Below, in pieces: positions 46,878 through 57,884 of a stretch of DNA of 64,000 nt. The translations under genes and the position numbers were made by a program. The DNA lies in contig CAYYLQ010000007.1 in assembly GCA_964472655.1 (NCBI GenBank), forward strand, positions 30,479 through 94,478, read 5' to 3'. This DNA is from an uncultured Nitrospirales bacterium. Its GTDB lineage: Bacteria; Nitrospirota; Nitrospiria; Nitrospirales; NS-4. Under the pieces are notes generated by a model. The model searched no databases. It saw only the letters and a list, made by a program, of their open reading frames with translations, and was not told where the DNA came from. Position 1 is the first letter of the stretch; the number at the start of each line of letters is the position of its first letter.

Positions 46878-49361
46878 TCAAAAGAGCGTCCCGATCGAAA
46901 ATTCAAACACCCCCGACCGTTCCCCGGTGCGCGGGCTGAGGTTGAAACCGTAGGCCAGTCGCAGCGGCCCGAAGGGCGAAATCCACCGGCCCTCCACGCC
47001 GGCCGCCTTGCGCAAGTTCAAACCCAAGGCCTCTCCGTCCTCGAATCCTTTCCCATAATCGAAAAACACCACGCCTTTGACCTTCAACTCGGCGGCTATC
47101 GGAAAGACGTAGTCGACGTTGAAGATGAGTTCCTTCGTCGCCCCCAGGGGGCTGGTGTTGTCAAGGGGCGATACCGGCCCTGCCCGGCCGAAGCTGAAGC
47201 CGCGCACGGTCTGGATGCCGCCCACGAAGAACCGGTCGCCGACGGGGAGTTGGCTGCCGGCGGTGTAACTGTGGGCGACTCCCACCCGAGCCCGTGGAGC
47301 GAACACCGTGTCCCAGACCACCGGGAAATACCACGCACTGTCACCGATGACTTTGTAAAAATCGTTGCTTCCCCCAAGCGGGCCGCCGGCAAATTCTGTC
47401 GTGACGGCGTGCCGGGCGCCGCTCTTGGGATCGACATAGAGATCCCGGGTATCGCGAGCGACCCCGAGAATGACCGCGCTGGTAGTGGATTTCCCGAGCT
47501 GCTGCTGAATGAGCGGCGGCAGTTGGTCAATAGGGGTCGCGGCGACCCCGCCGCCGCCGAGAAAGAGCTGACCGGAGAGGTCGTTGGAAATCTCGAGGCG
47601 CTCGAAGAGGTATGTGACGCTCCCGCTCAGATATTCCGAAAACCATTTCCCGAACACAAGATCGGCGCCGTTCCGTCTTTCAAAGTACGTGGTATAAAAC
47701 GTCTGGCGCGAGAAGAGATCGATTTGGGCCGACACGGCTTCGTCGAACAGGTAAGGCTCCCGGAAGGTGATGAGCCCCAATGTCCGCCGCTGGCCTAACT
47801 GGCCGCGGACCTTCAGCATCTGGCCGCGGCCGAACAGATTCCCTTCCGTGACGTCGGCTATCACACCCAGCTTATCGAGCGAACTGAAGCCGCCGCCGAC
47901 GCTGAACGTGCCGGTGGACTTTTCCTTAACCTTCACGTCGAGATCGACCGTGTTCGGGTCGACCTGCTTCGGGATGATCTCCACGGTTTCAAAGTAGTTC
48001 ATGTTATTGAGCCGTTTGAAGCTCAATTTCATGGCGGCGGTATCGATCAGTTCGGCTTCGTTGACCCGCAATTCCCGCCGGATGACTTTATCGCGGGTCT
48101 TGTCGTTGCCGGAGATATTGATGTTCCGGACACGGATCAGAGCGCCCTCTTTGACATCAAACGTGACCATCGCGGTCTTGGACTCGGGGTCCGGCTGGAT
48201 TAGGGGGTTGACGTCCGCGAACGCGTACCCCTTCGAGCCGTACACGTCCGTCGCGCGCGTAATGTCGTCCCGGACCTCAGCCATCCGGACGATGTCGCCT
48301 TCCTGCAGCTTGCTCTCGCTCCGGAGTTCGGATTCGGAGAAAATGGTCTGCCCCCGATAGCCGATCTTCGAAAACGTGAACTGCGGCCCCTCGACAACGG
48401 GGAATCGGACCGTAAACCATTTCTTGTCGGGACTCAGCTCGACCGCGGGCTTGCCGATCTTGGCGTCAAGATAGCCTTCGTCGAAATACACCTGGCGGAG
48501 CCGCTCGATGTCGTTGTCTAACTCGTCTTTCTTGTACACCCCGGAGTCGTCGAACCAGGAAATGAGCCAGAAGTATTCCCGCGTCACCAGGGGTTTTTTG
48601 AGCTTCTTCACCGGGACGGCCTTCGCGCCGTCGAAAGCGACGGTCTTGATGCGGGCTTTGGGGCCCTCTTGGATAAAAAAGGTCAACGACTTCCGCTCGC
48701 CATCCAGGGATTTGATGACCGGCACGACCCGCGCACTGAAGTGTCCCTCGTCCTCGTACAGCAGCCGGAGTCTCTCGACGCTGTCTTTGATCTGTTGCTG
48801 ATCCAGGAACGACTGGGAACGGACCGTAAGCTTTTCGGTGAGCTTCTCATCCTTGACGTCGTCGTTGCCGTCGAACAGAATCTCCGTCACAAAGGGCTTC
48901 TCCGTCACGACGAAGATCACGGCCACGCCGCCGGCCTGGGACTCGGTTTCCACACGGACGTCTTCGAAATACCCCATCTGGTACAAGGCGCGAATCTGCT
49001 CCCGGACCCGCTCCGGGGTGAAGATTTCCCCCTCCTTCAGCGTGAGACGGGCTCGAATGGCCGGAACTTCGATCCGTTTGTTCCCTTGGACGGTGATCCC
49101 ACTGATCCGCTGGCCCGTCTCCTGAGCCAAGCCGATCTCGGGGCCGAGAACCCAGAGCAGCCCCCCCAAGAGCAAGATCCCGTAAGCTACGACGGTGGTC
49201 ACGCGACGTGCGGTCCCGGCTCCCCCAGAGGCCCGGCCATCCACTTTTTGCCCGGGAAAGCTCGAGCCTTTTGTACGACAAACATGCACCGCCCCTGATC
49301 CCCTTTTCCGATACCTTGACCGCCGAGGGCGGCACACGCAGGCATGCCTAAAAAAGCGCAA
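46878..49361 (-). CDS. bamA: Outer membrane protein assembly factor BamA
   Basis: POTRA repeats (ISGITVQGNKRIE...), a D15 beta-barrel and a C-terminal ...FEFSIGTLF ending in Phe. 49361 is a TTG. The real start probably lies between 49202 and 49361 (for example GTG 49244 gives the n-region DGRASGGAGTARR plus hydrophobic VTTVVAYGILLLGGLLWVLG). Confidence 0.9.
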   Translation of the reverse strand: MRFFRHACVCRPRRSRYRKRGSGAVHVCRTKGSSFPGQKVDGRASGGAGTARRVTTVVAYGILLLGGLLWVLGPEIGLAQETGQRISGITVQGNKRIEVPAIRARLTLKEGEIFTPERVREQIRALYQMGYFEDVRVETESQAGGVAVIFVVTEKPFVTEILFDGNDDVKDEKLTEKLTVRSQSFLDQQQIKDSVERLRLLYEDEGHFSARVVPVIKSLDGERKSLTFFIQEGPKARIKTVAFDGAKAVPVKKLKKPLVTREYFWLISWFDDSGVYKKDELDNDIERLRQVYFDEGYLDAKIGKPAVELSPDKKWFTVRFPVVEGPQFTFSKIGYRGQTIFSESELRSESKLQEGDIVRMAEVRDDITRATDVYGSKGYAFADVNPLIQPDPESKTAMVTFDVKEGALIRVRNINISGNDKTRDKVIRRELRVNEAELIDTAAMKLSFKRLNNMNYFETVEIIPKQVDPNTVDLDVKVKEKSTGTFSVGGGFSSLDKLGVIADVTEGNLFGRGQMLKVRGQLGQRRTLGLITFREPYLFDEAVSAQIDLFSRQTFYTTYFERRNGADLVFGKWFSEYLSGSVTYLFERLEISNDLSGQLFLGGGGVAATPIDQLPPLIQQQLGKSTTSAVILGVARDTRDLYVDPKSGARHAVTTEFAGGPLGGSNDFYKVIGDSAWYFPVVWDTVFAPRARVGVAHSYTAGSQLPVGDRFFVGGIQTVRGFSFGRAGPVSPLDNTSPLGATKELIFNVDYVFPIAAELKVKGVVFFDYGKGFEDGEALGLNLRKAAGVEGRWISPFGPLRLAYGFNLSPRTGERSGVFEFSIGTLF

Positions 49362-49436
49362 AAAACCCAGGAAATTCTACAGATTGCCCCGCGACAAGTA
49401 AAGGGAAAAAGGCGGAACGAAGCCTCCGACCTCAGC

Positions 49437-49465
49437 TTGACTTTGACTGGAACCGCCCGTAGAAT
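49437..49465 (+). promoter_or_regulatory. Near-consensus sigma70-type promoter for galU-lon (TTGACT-17 nt-TAGAAT)
   Basis: TTGACT at 49437-49442, a 17-nt spacer, and TAGAAT at 49460-49465. The galU ATG is at 49475, only 9 nt after the -10 element, with no Shine-Dalgarno sequence in between. Confidence 0.4.
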
Positions 49466-49474
49466 CCGGCTGTT

Positions 49475-50347
49475 ATGGCTTCGCAAACGGTTTCCAAGGC
49501 CATCATTCCAGCCGCCGGCCTCGGAACCCGCTTCCTGCCCGCCACCAAAGCCTCCCCCAAAGAGATGTTGCCGCTGGTCGACAAGCCCTTGATCCAGTAT
49601 GCGGTGGAAGAGGCGGTGGCGGCCGGCATCCGCGACATCATCGTCATCACGGGCCGCGACAAACGCGCCATCGAAGACCACTTCGATCTCTCGTTCGAGC
49701 TGGAAGAGGTCCTGAAAGAAAGCGGCAAAGACAAGCTGCTCAAGGAAATCCGCCGGATTTCCGAACTGGCCAATTTCTGTTACATCCGCCAGCGTCACGC
49801 CCGCGGGCTCGGGGACGCCATCCTCTGCGCCCAACACTTGATCGGCGACGAGCCATTCGCCGTGCTCTTGGGAGATGAGGTCATCGATGCGACCGTCCCC
49901 GCGACCAGGCAACTGATCGATCTCTATGAAGATCTCGGCACGCCCATCCTGGGCGTGCAGGAAGTCGAGCAGGAGGCGGTTTCCCATTACGGCATCATCA
50001 CCTCCCAACCGGTGCGACCCGGGCTGTTCCAGGTCACCGATATGGTCGAAAAGCCGGCTCCGAAGGAAGCGCCGTCCCGGCTTGCGGTGATCGGCCGCTA
50101 CATTCTGCCGCCGTCGATCTTTGCCATCCTGGAAAAGACCCCGCCCGGCAAGAACCAGGAAATCCAGCTCACCGACGCCTTGCGTAGGCTGGCGCAATCG
50201 GCGCCGATGCACGCGTGCCTGGTGAACGGCACGCGTCATGACGCTGGCGACAAGCTCGGCTTCCTCAAGGCGACCGTCGCATTCGGATTGAAGAACCCCG
50301 AACTGGGCGACCGCTTCGCCCGCTATCTCAAAGGACTCACCTTCTAG
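49475..50347 (+). CDS. galU: UTP--glucose-1-phosphate uridylyltransferase
   Basis: KAIIPAAGLGTRFLPATKASPKEMLPLVDKPLIQYAVEEA. Confidence 0.9.
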   Translation: MASQTVSKAIIPAAGLGTRFLPATKASPKEMLPLVDKPLIQYAVEEAVAAGIRDIIVITGRDKRAIEDHFDLSFELEEVLKESGKDKLLKEIRRISELANFCYIRQRHARGLGDAILCAQHLIGDEPFAVLLGDEVIDATVPATRQLIDLYEDLGTPILGVQEVEQEAVSHYGIITSQPVRPGLFQVTDMVEKPAPKEAPSRLAVIGRYILPPSIFAILEKTPPGKNQEIQLTDALRRLAQSAPMHACLVNGTRHDAGDKLGFLKATVAFGLKNPELGDRFARYLKGLTF

Positions 50348-50359
50348 AGAAGGGCGGCC

Positions 50360-52803
<2,444 letters not shown>

Positions 52804-52804
<1 letters not shown>

Positions 52805-53838
52805 TGCGCCAGAGCCGCATCGGCGAATTTGAACTCATCCGGCGGCTCAGGAGCGCAACGCGGATCCCGCAGGCCGTACGCAGCGCAATTCTCGCCGGAA
52901 TCGGCGACGACGCCGCCGCCCTGAAAACGCGTCCAGGGCGGGTGCTCCTGGCCACCACCGACCTGCTCGCCGAGCACGTTCACTTCGACCTGGCCTGTAC
53001 CACCTACCGGCAGCTCGGATACAAGGCCGCCATGGCCAACCTCAGCGACATCGCGGCGATGGGCGGCGTCCCCCGCTTCGTCCTGATCGCCCTGGCCCTC
53101 ACCCCCCGCCAGTCGCGCCGCGACGTCGAAGCGCTCTACGCGGGAATAGGAGACGCGTGCCGATGGGCGGACGCGGCGGTCGTCGGAGGGGATACGTCCG
53201 TCTCCCGGACCGATCTCTTCGTCTCGCTCGCGGTGCTGGGCGAGACCGCGCCGGCGGAGGTGCTCAGGCGGTCCACGGCCCGAGCGGGCGACCGCCTGTA
53301 CGTCACCGGCACGTTGGGCGACGCGCAGGCCGGGCTAGAAATTCTTCTCGCGCAAAAGGAGCGCCGCTGGGGACGCAGGATGGACGCGCGCGGCGCGGCC
53401 TACCTGACCGGCCGCCATCTGCGACCGACCGCGCGGCTCCGTGAGGCCAGACGCCTGGCCGAAGGCCGCCTGGCCAGCGCCGCCATTGATCTCTCGGACG
53501 GCCTGGCCGGCGATATTCGTCGCATCTGCGAGGAGAGCAAAGTCGGATGCCTCATCGACGCGCGGCAGCTTCCCCTATCTTCGCCGCTCCGCGCCCACGC
53601 GCGGGCCGGACGGCGCGACCCGCTCGCATACGCGCTCGGCGGCGGGGAAGATTACGAGCTCCTCTTCACGGTGCCGCCGGCCAAGGTCCCGCACGTGGAG
53701 AGGCTCATTCGGCGCCGGTTGCTGCGGGCGACTCCTATCGGCAGCATCACGCCGGCCCGCAGGGGACTTCGCATGATCGGCGCCGACGGCTCCGTGCGCC
53801 CGCTGACTGCAACAGGTTACGAGCACCGGCTCGGATGA
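52804..53838 (+). CDS. thiL: Thiamine-monophosphate kinase
   Basis: MRQSRIGEFELIRRL..., GIGDDAAAL and GGDTSVS (AIR-synthase-like fold). ATG 52804 overlaps the lon TGA (TGATG). In the track it is embedded at the end of a spurious 1100-aa ORF. Confidence 0.85.
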
Positions 53839-54347
53839 TCTCTTTCGCGGCCATAAGGGAAAAGATGCGGCAGGTCCTCCATCTCGGGGACTCTCCACAA
53901 CGGACGGCCTTGGCTTTTGCCGTGGGCGTGTTTATCGCCTTTTCTCCGACCTATGGCCTCCACTTTGTAACCGTTTTGTTGTGCGCGTGGCTTTTCCGGT
54001 TAAATCTCGTCGCTTTAATAGCCGGCAACCTGATCAATAATCCCTGGACCGTCCTGCCGATCATCGCCAGCAGCATGGGGGTGGGTCTGCTCCTGGATTC
54101 GGTCGGCCCGCAGCCGCAAATCGATTGGACGTATTTCAGCTCGCTCATGTTGTGGGATCAGTTTCAGCTCTTGTGGACGCAATTCCGACCCTATCTCGTC
54201 CCCTTCGTTCTGGGCCATATCCTGCTGGGCGTCGCAGGAGCGGCCGCCGGATACGTCATCATGTACCAGGCCATCCTCAAGTTCCGCACCCATCAGGCGA
54301 AGGCGCACCATCAGGCGCCAGTTGCGCCTCCACCTCCGTCATGTTAG
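53835..54347 (+). CDS. DUF2062-domain membrane protein
   Basis: LGDSPQRTALAFAVGVFIAFSPTYGLHFVTVLLCAWLFRLNLVALIAGNLINNPWT. ATG 53835 overlaps the thiL stop (ATGA). Confidence 0.7.
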   Translation: MISFAAIREKMRQVLHLGDSPQRTALAFAVGVFIAFSPTYGLHFVTVLLCAWLFRLNLVALIAGNLINNPWTVLPIIASSMGVGLLLDSVGPQPQIDWTYFSSLMLWDQFQLLWTQFRPYLVPFVLGHILLGVAGAAAGYVIMYQAILKFRTHQAKAHHQAPVAPPPPSC

Positions 54348-54350
54348 ATT

Positions 54351-55799
54351 TTGCGGGTGACGCCCCTTCCCTCGCTCGGCAAATCCCACTATGACGGCTC
54401 GGCGCTGATCGCCGATCCGATCCACGAATACATCACGTTCACCGTGCCCTTCGCCGCTCCCGCAAAGGGCTCGGCGCGTGGCGAGCAGCAGGAAACCACC
54501 GAGAAAGACCTCATCGATTCGCCGTGGGTCCAGCGACTCCGCTATATCTTCCAGCTCCAGAGCGCCCGGTGGGTCTATCCGTCGGCCGAACACAGCCGAT
54601 TCGTCCACTCGCTCGGCGCCATGCATGTCGCCGGGCGGTTTGCCCGGCACCTCTACCCCTTTCTGCAAAAGACCGCGCCGGATGCGCCGTCGGCCAACTA
54701 TATCGAGGAACTGCTCCGGGTTACCGCGCTGGTGCATGACATCGGCCACGGTCCGTTCTGCCATTTCTTCGACGACAACTTCCTGAAGGCGTACGGCCTT
54801 ACCCACGAACGACTCGGCCAGCTCATCATCCGCGAGCATCTCGGCCAGACCATCCGGAAGATCCGGCGGAGTCCATCCGGGCCCTTCGCCAAGGGGGAAG
54901 CACTGGACCCCGACCAGATCGCCCATCTCATCCTCAAGGACAAAGGCAAGGACAGCTCCCAAATGCCGCGGTGGCTGAACTTCCTCCAACCCGTGATCTC
55001 CGGCAGCTATACCGGAGACAACCTGGACTACGTGCTGCGCGACGCCTATATGTGCGGCGTCGCGGTCGGGCCCGTGGACCTCAGCCGGCTCATCCATTAC
55101 ACGATGATCACCGGGAAGGGCTTCACCATCCATAAGACCGGCCTGCCGGCGCTCCAGATGTTCCTGAACACGCGGATGTACCTCTACTCCAACGTGTATT
55201 ACCACCGGACGACCAGGGCCATCGACATCCACCTGCGCCAGATCTTCGGCGACACGATGCGGCTGGTCTTTCCGCACGATCCCAGAAAGAAGATGGACGA
55301 GTACCTGAAGCTCACTGACTGGTCGTTGCTGGAGACGGTGCGGGGCTGGGGCGCGTCGAAGACCCGCGCGCAACAGCGCCTGGGTACGGAGTGGTCGTGC
55401 ATCCTGAACCGGGACGTCAAGTGGAAGATGGCCTACAGCACCGTCTTGAAGGAAAAGGGCCAGGAGCGGGGAATGGACTTCCCCTCCCCGGCGGAGTTCA
55501 AACAGAGAATCCGCAAGGAGCTGCCCGGCCATCTCGCGGACCTGCCGTTCGAGGTGGACTCGGCGCCGCTCGATCCAAGGCCGGACCCCAAGGACACGCG
55601 CGGCATCCCACTCTACGTCTATGATTCCAGCACGCAGACCGTCTCCACGGAACCGCTGGAAGAATTCCTTGACCTGCTCCCGACCCGTCTGATCCAGTTC
55701 CGCATCTATGCGCTCAACCACGCCACCGACGCCGAACTCTCGCGGGCCGCCGCCACCGTGCTGAACAAGACGCCGTCCAGCATCGAAACCAACATCTAG
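54351..55799 (+). CDS. HD-domain phosphohydrolase, SAMHD1/dNTP-triphosphohydrolase-like (COG1078-type)
   Basis: HSRFVHSLGAMHVA and LVHDIGHGPFCHFFD (H...HD...D metal site), plus YTGDNLDYVLRDAYMCGV. TTG 54351 or GTG 54357 start. Confidence 0.8.
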   Translation: MRVTPLPSLGKSHYDGSALIADPIHEYITFTVPFAAPAKGSARGEQQETTEKDLIDSPWVQRLRYIFQLQSARWVYPSAEHSRFVHSLGAMHVAGRFARHLYPFLQKTAPDAPSANYIEELLRVTALVHDIGHGPFCHFFDDNFLKAYGLTHERLGQLIIREHLGQTIRKIRRSPSGPFAKGEALDPDQIAHLILKDKGKDSSQMPRWLNFLQPVISGSYTGDNLDYVLRDAYMCGVAVGPVDLSRLIHYTMITGKGFTIHKTGLPALQMFLNTRMYLYSNVYYHRTTRAIDIHLRQIFGDTMRLVFPHDPRKKMDEYLKLTDWSLLETVRGWGASKTRAQQRLGTEWSCILNRDVKWKMAYSTVLKEKGQERGMDFPSPAEFKQRIRKELPGHLADLPFEVDSAPLDPRPDPKDTRGIPLYVYDSSTQTVSTEPLEEFLDLLPTRLIQFRIYALNHATDAELSRAAATVLNKTPSSIETNI

Positions 55800-55800
55800 C

Positions 55801-56157
55801 TTGCCCATGCCCACGTTCAAAAGCGGCGCCTTCGCCCAGCAGTGCTTTTCCGCCCATCCCCTGTCGCTGAGCTTCAAAGCGCTGACGCCGCCCGATCGCG
55901 TCGTGGTGGAATGCATCAACTGCCACATGCGGCACCGGTTTACCGCTCTGGCCCTGACGACCCGTGCGGCCGAGGTGGCCGGCCCCGAACGGGAGGCGGC
56001 GGACGAGCTGGGCACGTGCGCCGCCGCGCATCCCGGCGAGTTGCGGGTGAGCGCCATGAACGTGATGGACGATGCCGTCAAGCTCCGGTGCGGGGCCTGC
56101 CGCCGGACCTACTCGATCGTCGTGTCGGTATTTGAAACCTACCAGAAGGATGGATAA
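55801..56157 (+). CDS. Hypothetical four-Cys (zinc-ribbon-like) protein
   Basis: 118-aa ORF starting 1 nt after the HD gene stop. It has paired CxxC motifs (ECINCHMRH ... LRCGACRRTY) and GC-rich third positions like its neighbours. No family recognised. Confidence 0.45.
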   Translation: MPMPTFKSGAFAQQCFSAHPLSLSFKALTPPDRVVVECINCHMRHRFTALALTTRAAEVAGPEREAADELGTCAAAHPGELRVSAMNVMDDAVKLRCGACRRTYSIVVSVFETYQKDG

Positions 56158-56172
56158 CCAAGGAGGCGTAAG

Positions 56173-56373
56173 ATGATTCGTATGCTTTACGTTCTTGCCC
56201 TGCTCCTCTTTGTCGGAGGAGCGGCGGATGTCTCGATGTACATCATGCAGCGGTATGATGACTTTCAGAAAGGATTGTCCGACGAGCTGGCGCTGGCCGG
56301 CCTCGGCGCCTGGTGGCTCGTCGCACTAGGACTCGCAGGCTTCGCCTACATGAGAGGCAAGAAGGCAGGGTAG
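56173..56373 (+). CDS. Hypothetical small two-TM membrane protein (66 aa)
   Basis: Strong SD (AAGGAGG) 7 nt upstream of ATG 56173. Two hydrophobic segments (MLYVLALLLFVGGAA, LGAWWLVALGLAGFAY) and a basic tail. Confidence 0.5.
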   Translation: MIRMLYVLALLLFVGGAADVSMYIMQRYDDFQKGLSDELALAGLGAWWLVALGLAGFAYMRGKKAG

Positions 56374-56414
56374 TCAGAAGAATAAGGCAGGTCGCAACTT
56401 TTCATCCACGCAAA

Positions 56415-56494
56415 GAATTGGGGTCAGATTCGAATTTCGTCAAAAGGCCGTGCGTGGTAGTATCCCTTCCGAAAATCGAGTCTGACCCCAATTC
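56415..56494. repeat. 25-bp imperfect inverted repeat (long hairpin) with a 30-nt loop between convergent genes
   Basis: Left arm 56415-56439 is gaattggggtcagattcgaatttcg. Right arm 56470-56494 is cgaaaatcgagtctgaccccaattc. Base-by-base pairing gives 23 Watson-Crick pairs, 1 G-T pair and 1 mismatch. Confidence 0.7.
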
Positions 56495-56534
56495 TAGCAC
56501 AGAAAAGCTGCCTGTCCCCCTTTGGGGTTCAGGA

Positions 56535-56849
56535 TTAGTGGCAGTCTATAAGGCCACCTGGTAATGCAAGACAGGTGAGCCCCGGATTGAATTGCTTTTT
56601 ATTCTCGGCATCCAGGCGAGAGACTTCTATGCGATACAGGCGCTCCGCCTCAACAGCATGCAGGCGCCCCGCCTTTACTTCCTCCTGAAGATAGTCTTTA
56701 TAGCGCTTCATATAGAGACCTTGCTGCCGACCAGCCTCCTCATACGCATCAAGCGTTTCCTGGTCGACCGCGTAGCCCTTGTCAGGCGTGGCCGTCGAAC
56801 AGCTAGCAAGCAGCCATCCGATTAACACGAGGCCGACATACTTGCGCAT
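56535..56849 (-). CDS. Hypothetical lipoprotein (104 aa)
   Basis: Start placed at ATG 56849: MRKYVGLVLIGWLLASCS contains a lipobox (L-A-S-C). The remainder is a charged helical sequence. Lower-GC islet. Confidence 0.55.
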   Translation of the reverse strand: MRKYVGLVLIGWLLASCSTATPDKGYAVDQETLDAYEEAGRQQGLYMKRYKDYLQEEVKAGRLHAVEAERLYRIEVSRLDAENKKQFNPGLTCLALPGGLIDCH

Positions 56850-56942
56850 ACTGCTCTCTCCTTCTGAGCCTGTACATAGAACACGGCCCAATCTTGCCAT
56901 GTCAACCCATCCATTTCAATCATCTCCTGTATTGGTCTGCGC

Positions 56943-57341
56943 TCATGAAATGCGTCGCCAATATACAGCCTTATCTTGTCGCTTGCCCATTCCAACCAAT
57001 CCATCCTGATACATCAAAAGTAGTTCATTCTCCAACTGACTGATGGAATGAAACGAATAACGACGGTTCCATAGATTGGCCACGCAGCGCAACCAAATCT
57101 TTCTACACCGAACGGGAAATTTATCTTTCCACGTAGAGGAAGCGTGAAGTTTGCAACCACCAAATTCGACCTGCATGTTCATTGTTTCAATCTTCTCCAT
57201 GAGATCTTCAGGAGACATGGCCACTTCTGAGGGCGTATTAACGGGAAGGACTTTAAGAAGAAGGGATCGTCGCTTTCGCCCGGAAAAAGCTGAATACGAT
57301 TTCAGAAGGCTCAGAACATCGGAGAATTCATTCGCCATCAC
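56943..57341 (-). CDS. Hypothetical protein (coding assignment uncertain)
   Basis: Longest ORF (132 aa, GTG/ATG start 13 nt after the protease stop), with no recognisable motif. Two other minus-strand frames in 56820-57120 also hold 50-60-codon open stretches, so this may be a decayed gene. Confidence 0.3.
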   Translation of the reverse strand: MMANEFSDVLSLLKSYSAFSGRKRRSLLLKVLPVNTPSEVAMSPEDLMEKIETMNMQVEFGGCKLHASSTWKDKFPVRCRKIWLRCVANLWNRRYSFHSISQLENELLLMYQDGLVGMGKRQDKAVYWRRIS

Positions 57342-57353
57342 ATACCCTTCACC

Positions 57354-57713
57354 CTACCCCAGCACCATCGGCAGCGGGCGCAGCTCGCGGCGGAGCGGGT
57401 CGAGGATGTAGCCCAGCGCTTCGAGCGAGACCATGCCGAGCAGCGGCGTATCCCCCTTCTCGCCGAAGATGATGGGCGACGCCCTCTCCGAGTGATCCAG
57501 CGCGAAAAAGGCATTGCCAACCTTGCGGGTAATGTCAGTGCCGTCGGCCAAGGTAAAGGTTTTGGTCTCACTCGACTTGATTCCCAGTTTTCTCAGGACG
57601 GGCTTGGGAACCACGCTGTACATGGCGCCTGAATCAACAAGAAATTCAACCTTCAATCGCTTCGATCGATCTGCCGGATTAATAACGGTGGCTTTGATGT
57701 AGGTGAGTCCCAT
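57354..57713 (-). CDS. Retropepsin-like (clan AA) aspartic protease, about 119 aa
   Basis: MGLTYIKATVINPADRSKRLKVEFLVDSGAMYSVVP contains the D-S-G-A active-site motif of single-domain retropepsin-like proteases. Start placed at ATG 57713 rather than 57809. Confidence 0.7.
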   Translation of the reverse strand: MGLTYIKATVINPADRSKRLKVEFLVDSGAMYSVVPKPVLRKLGIKSSETKTFTLADGTDITRKVGNAFFALDHSERASPIIFGEKGDTPLLGMVSLEALGYILDPLRRELRPLPMVLG

Positions 57714-57884
57714 GCGCTTCGTCCCCTCCCCGGTTGGCGCAGACGTAACTTTGCGCTTCTGTGGATGAGACACGGGAAGGAGGGTAAAGGTTACAGCCGG
57801 AAGTGACATTTTGAAGAAGCCCTACCCGCTAGACAGGCTAGGCCAGCTTCGGAAGAGTGTCAAGACAGAGGAAGGAAAGGAGAC

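Noticed and set aside
56415-56494. tRNA or T-loop suspicion because of the ttcgaat string inside the hairpin arm.
   Set aside because: There is no cloverleaf, no GGTTCGAATCC T-arm consensus, no acceptor stem and no anticodon arm. The structure is a simple long inverted repeat.
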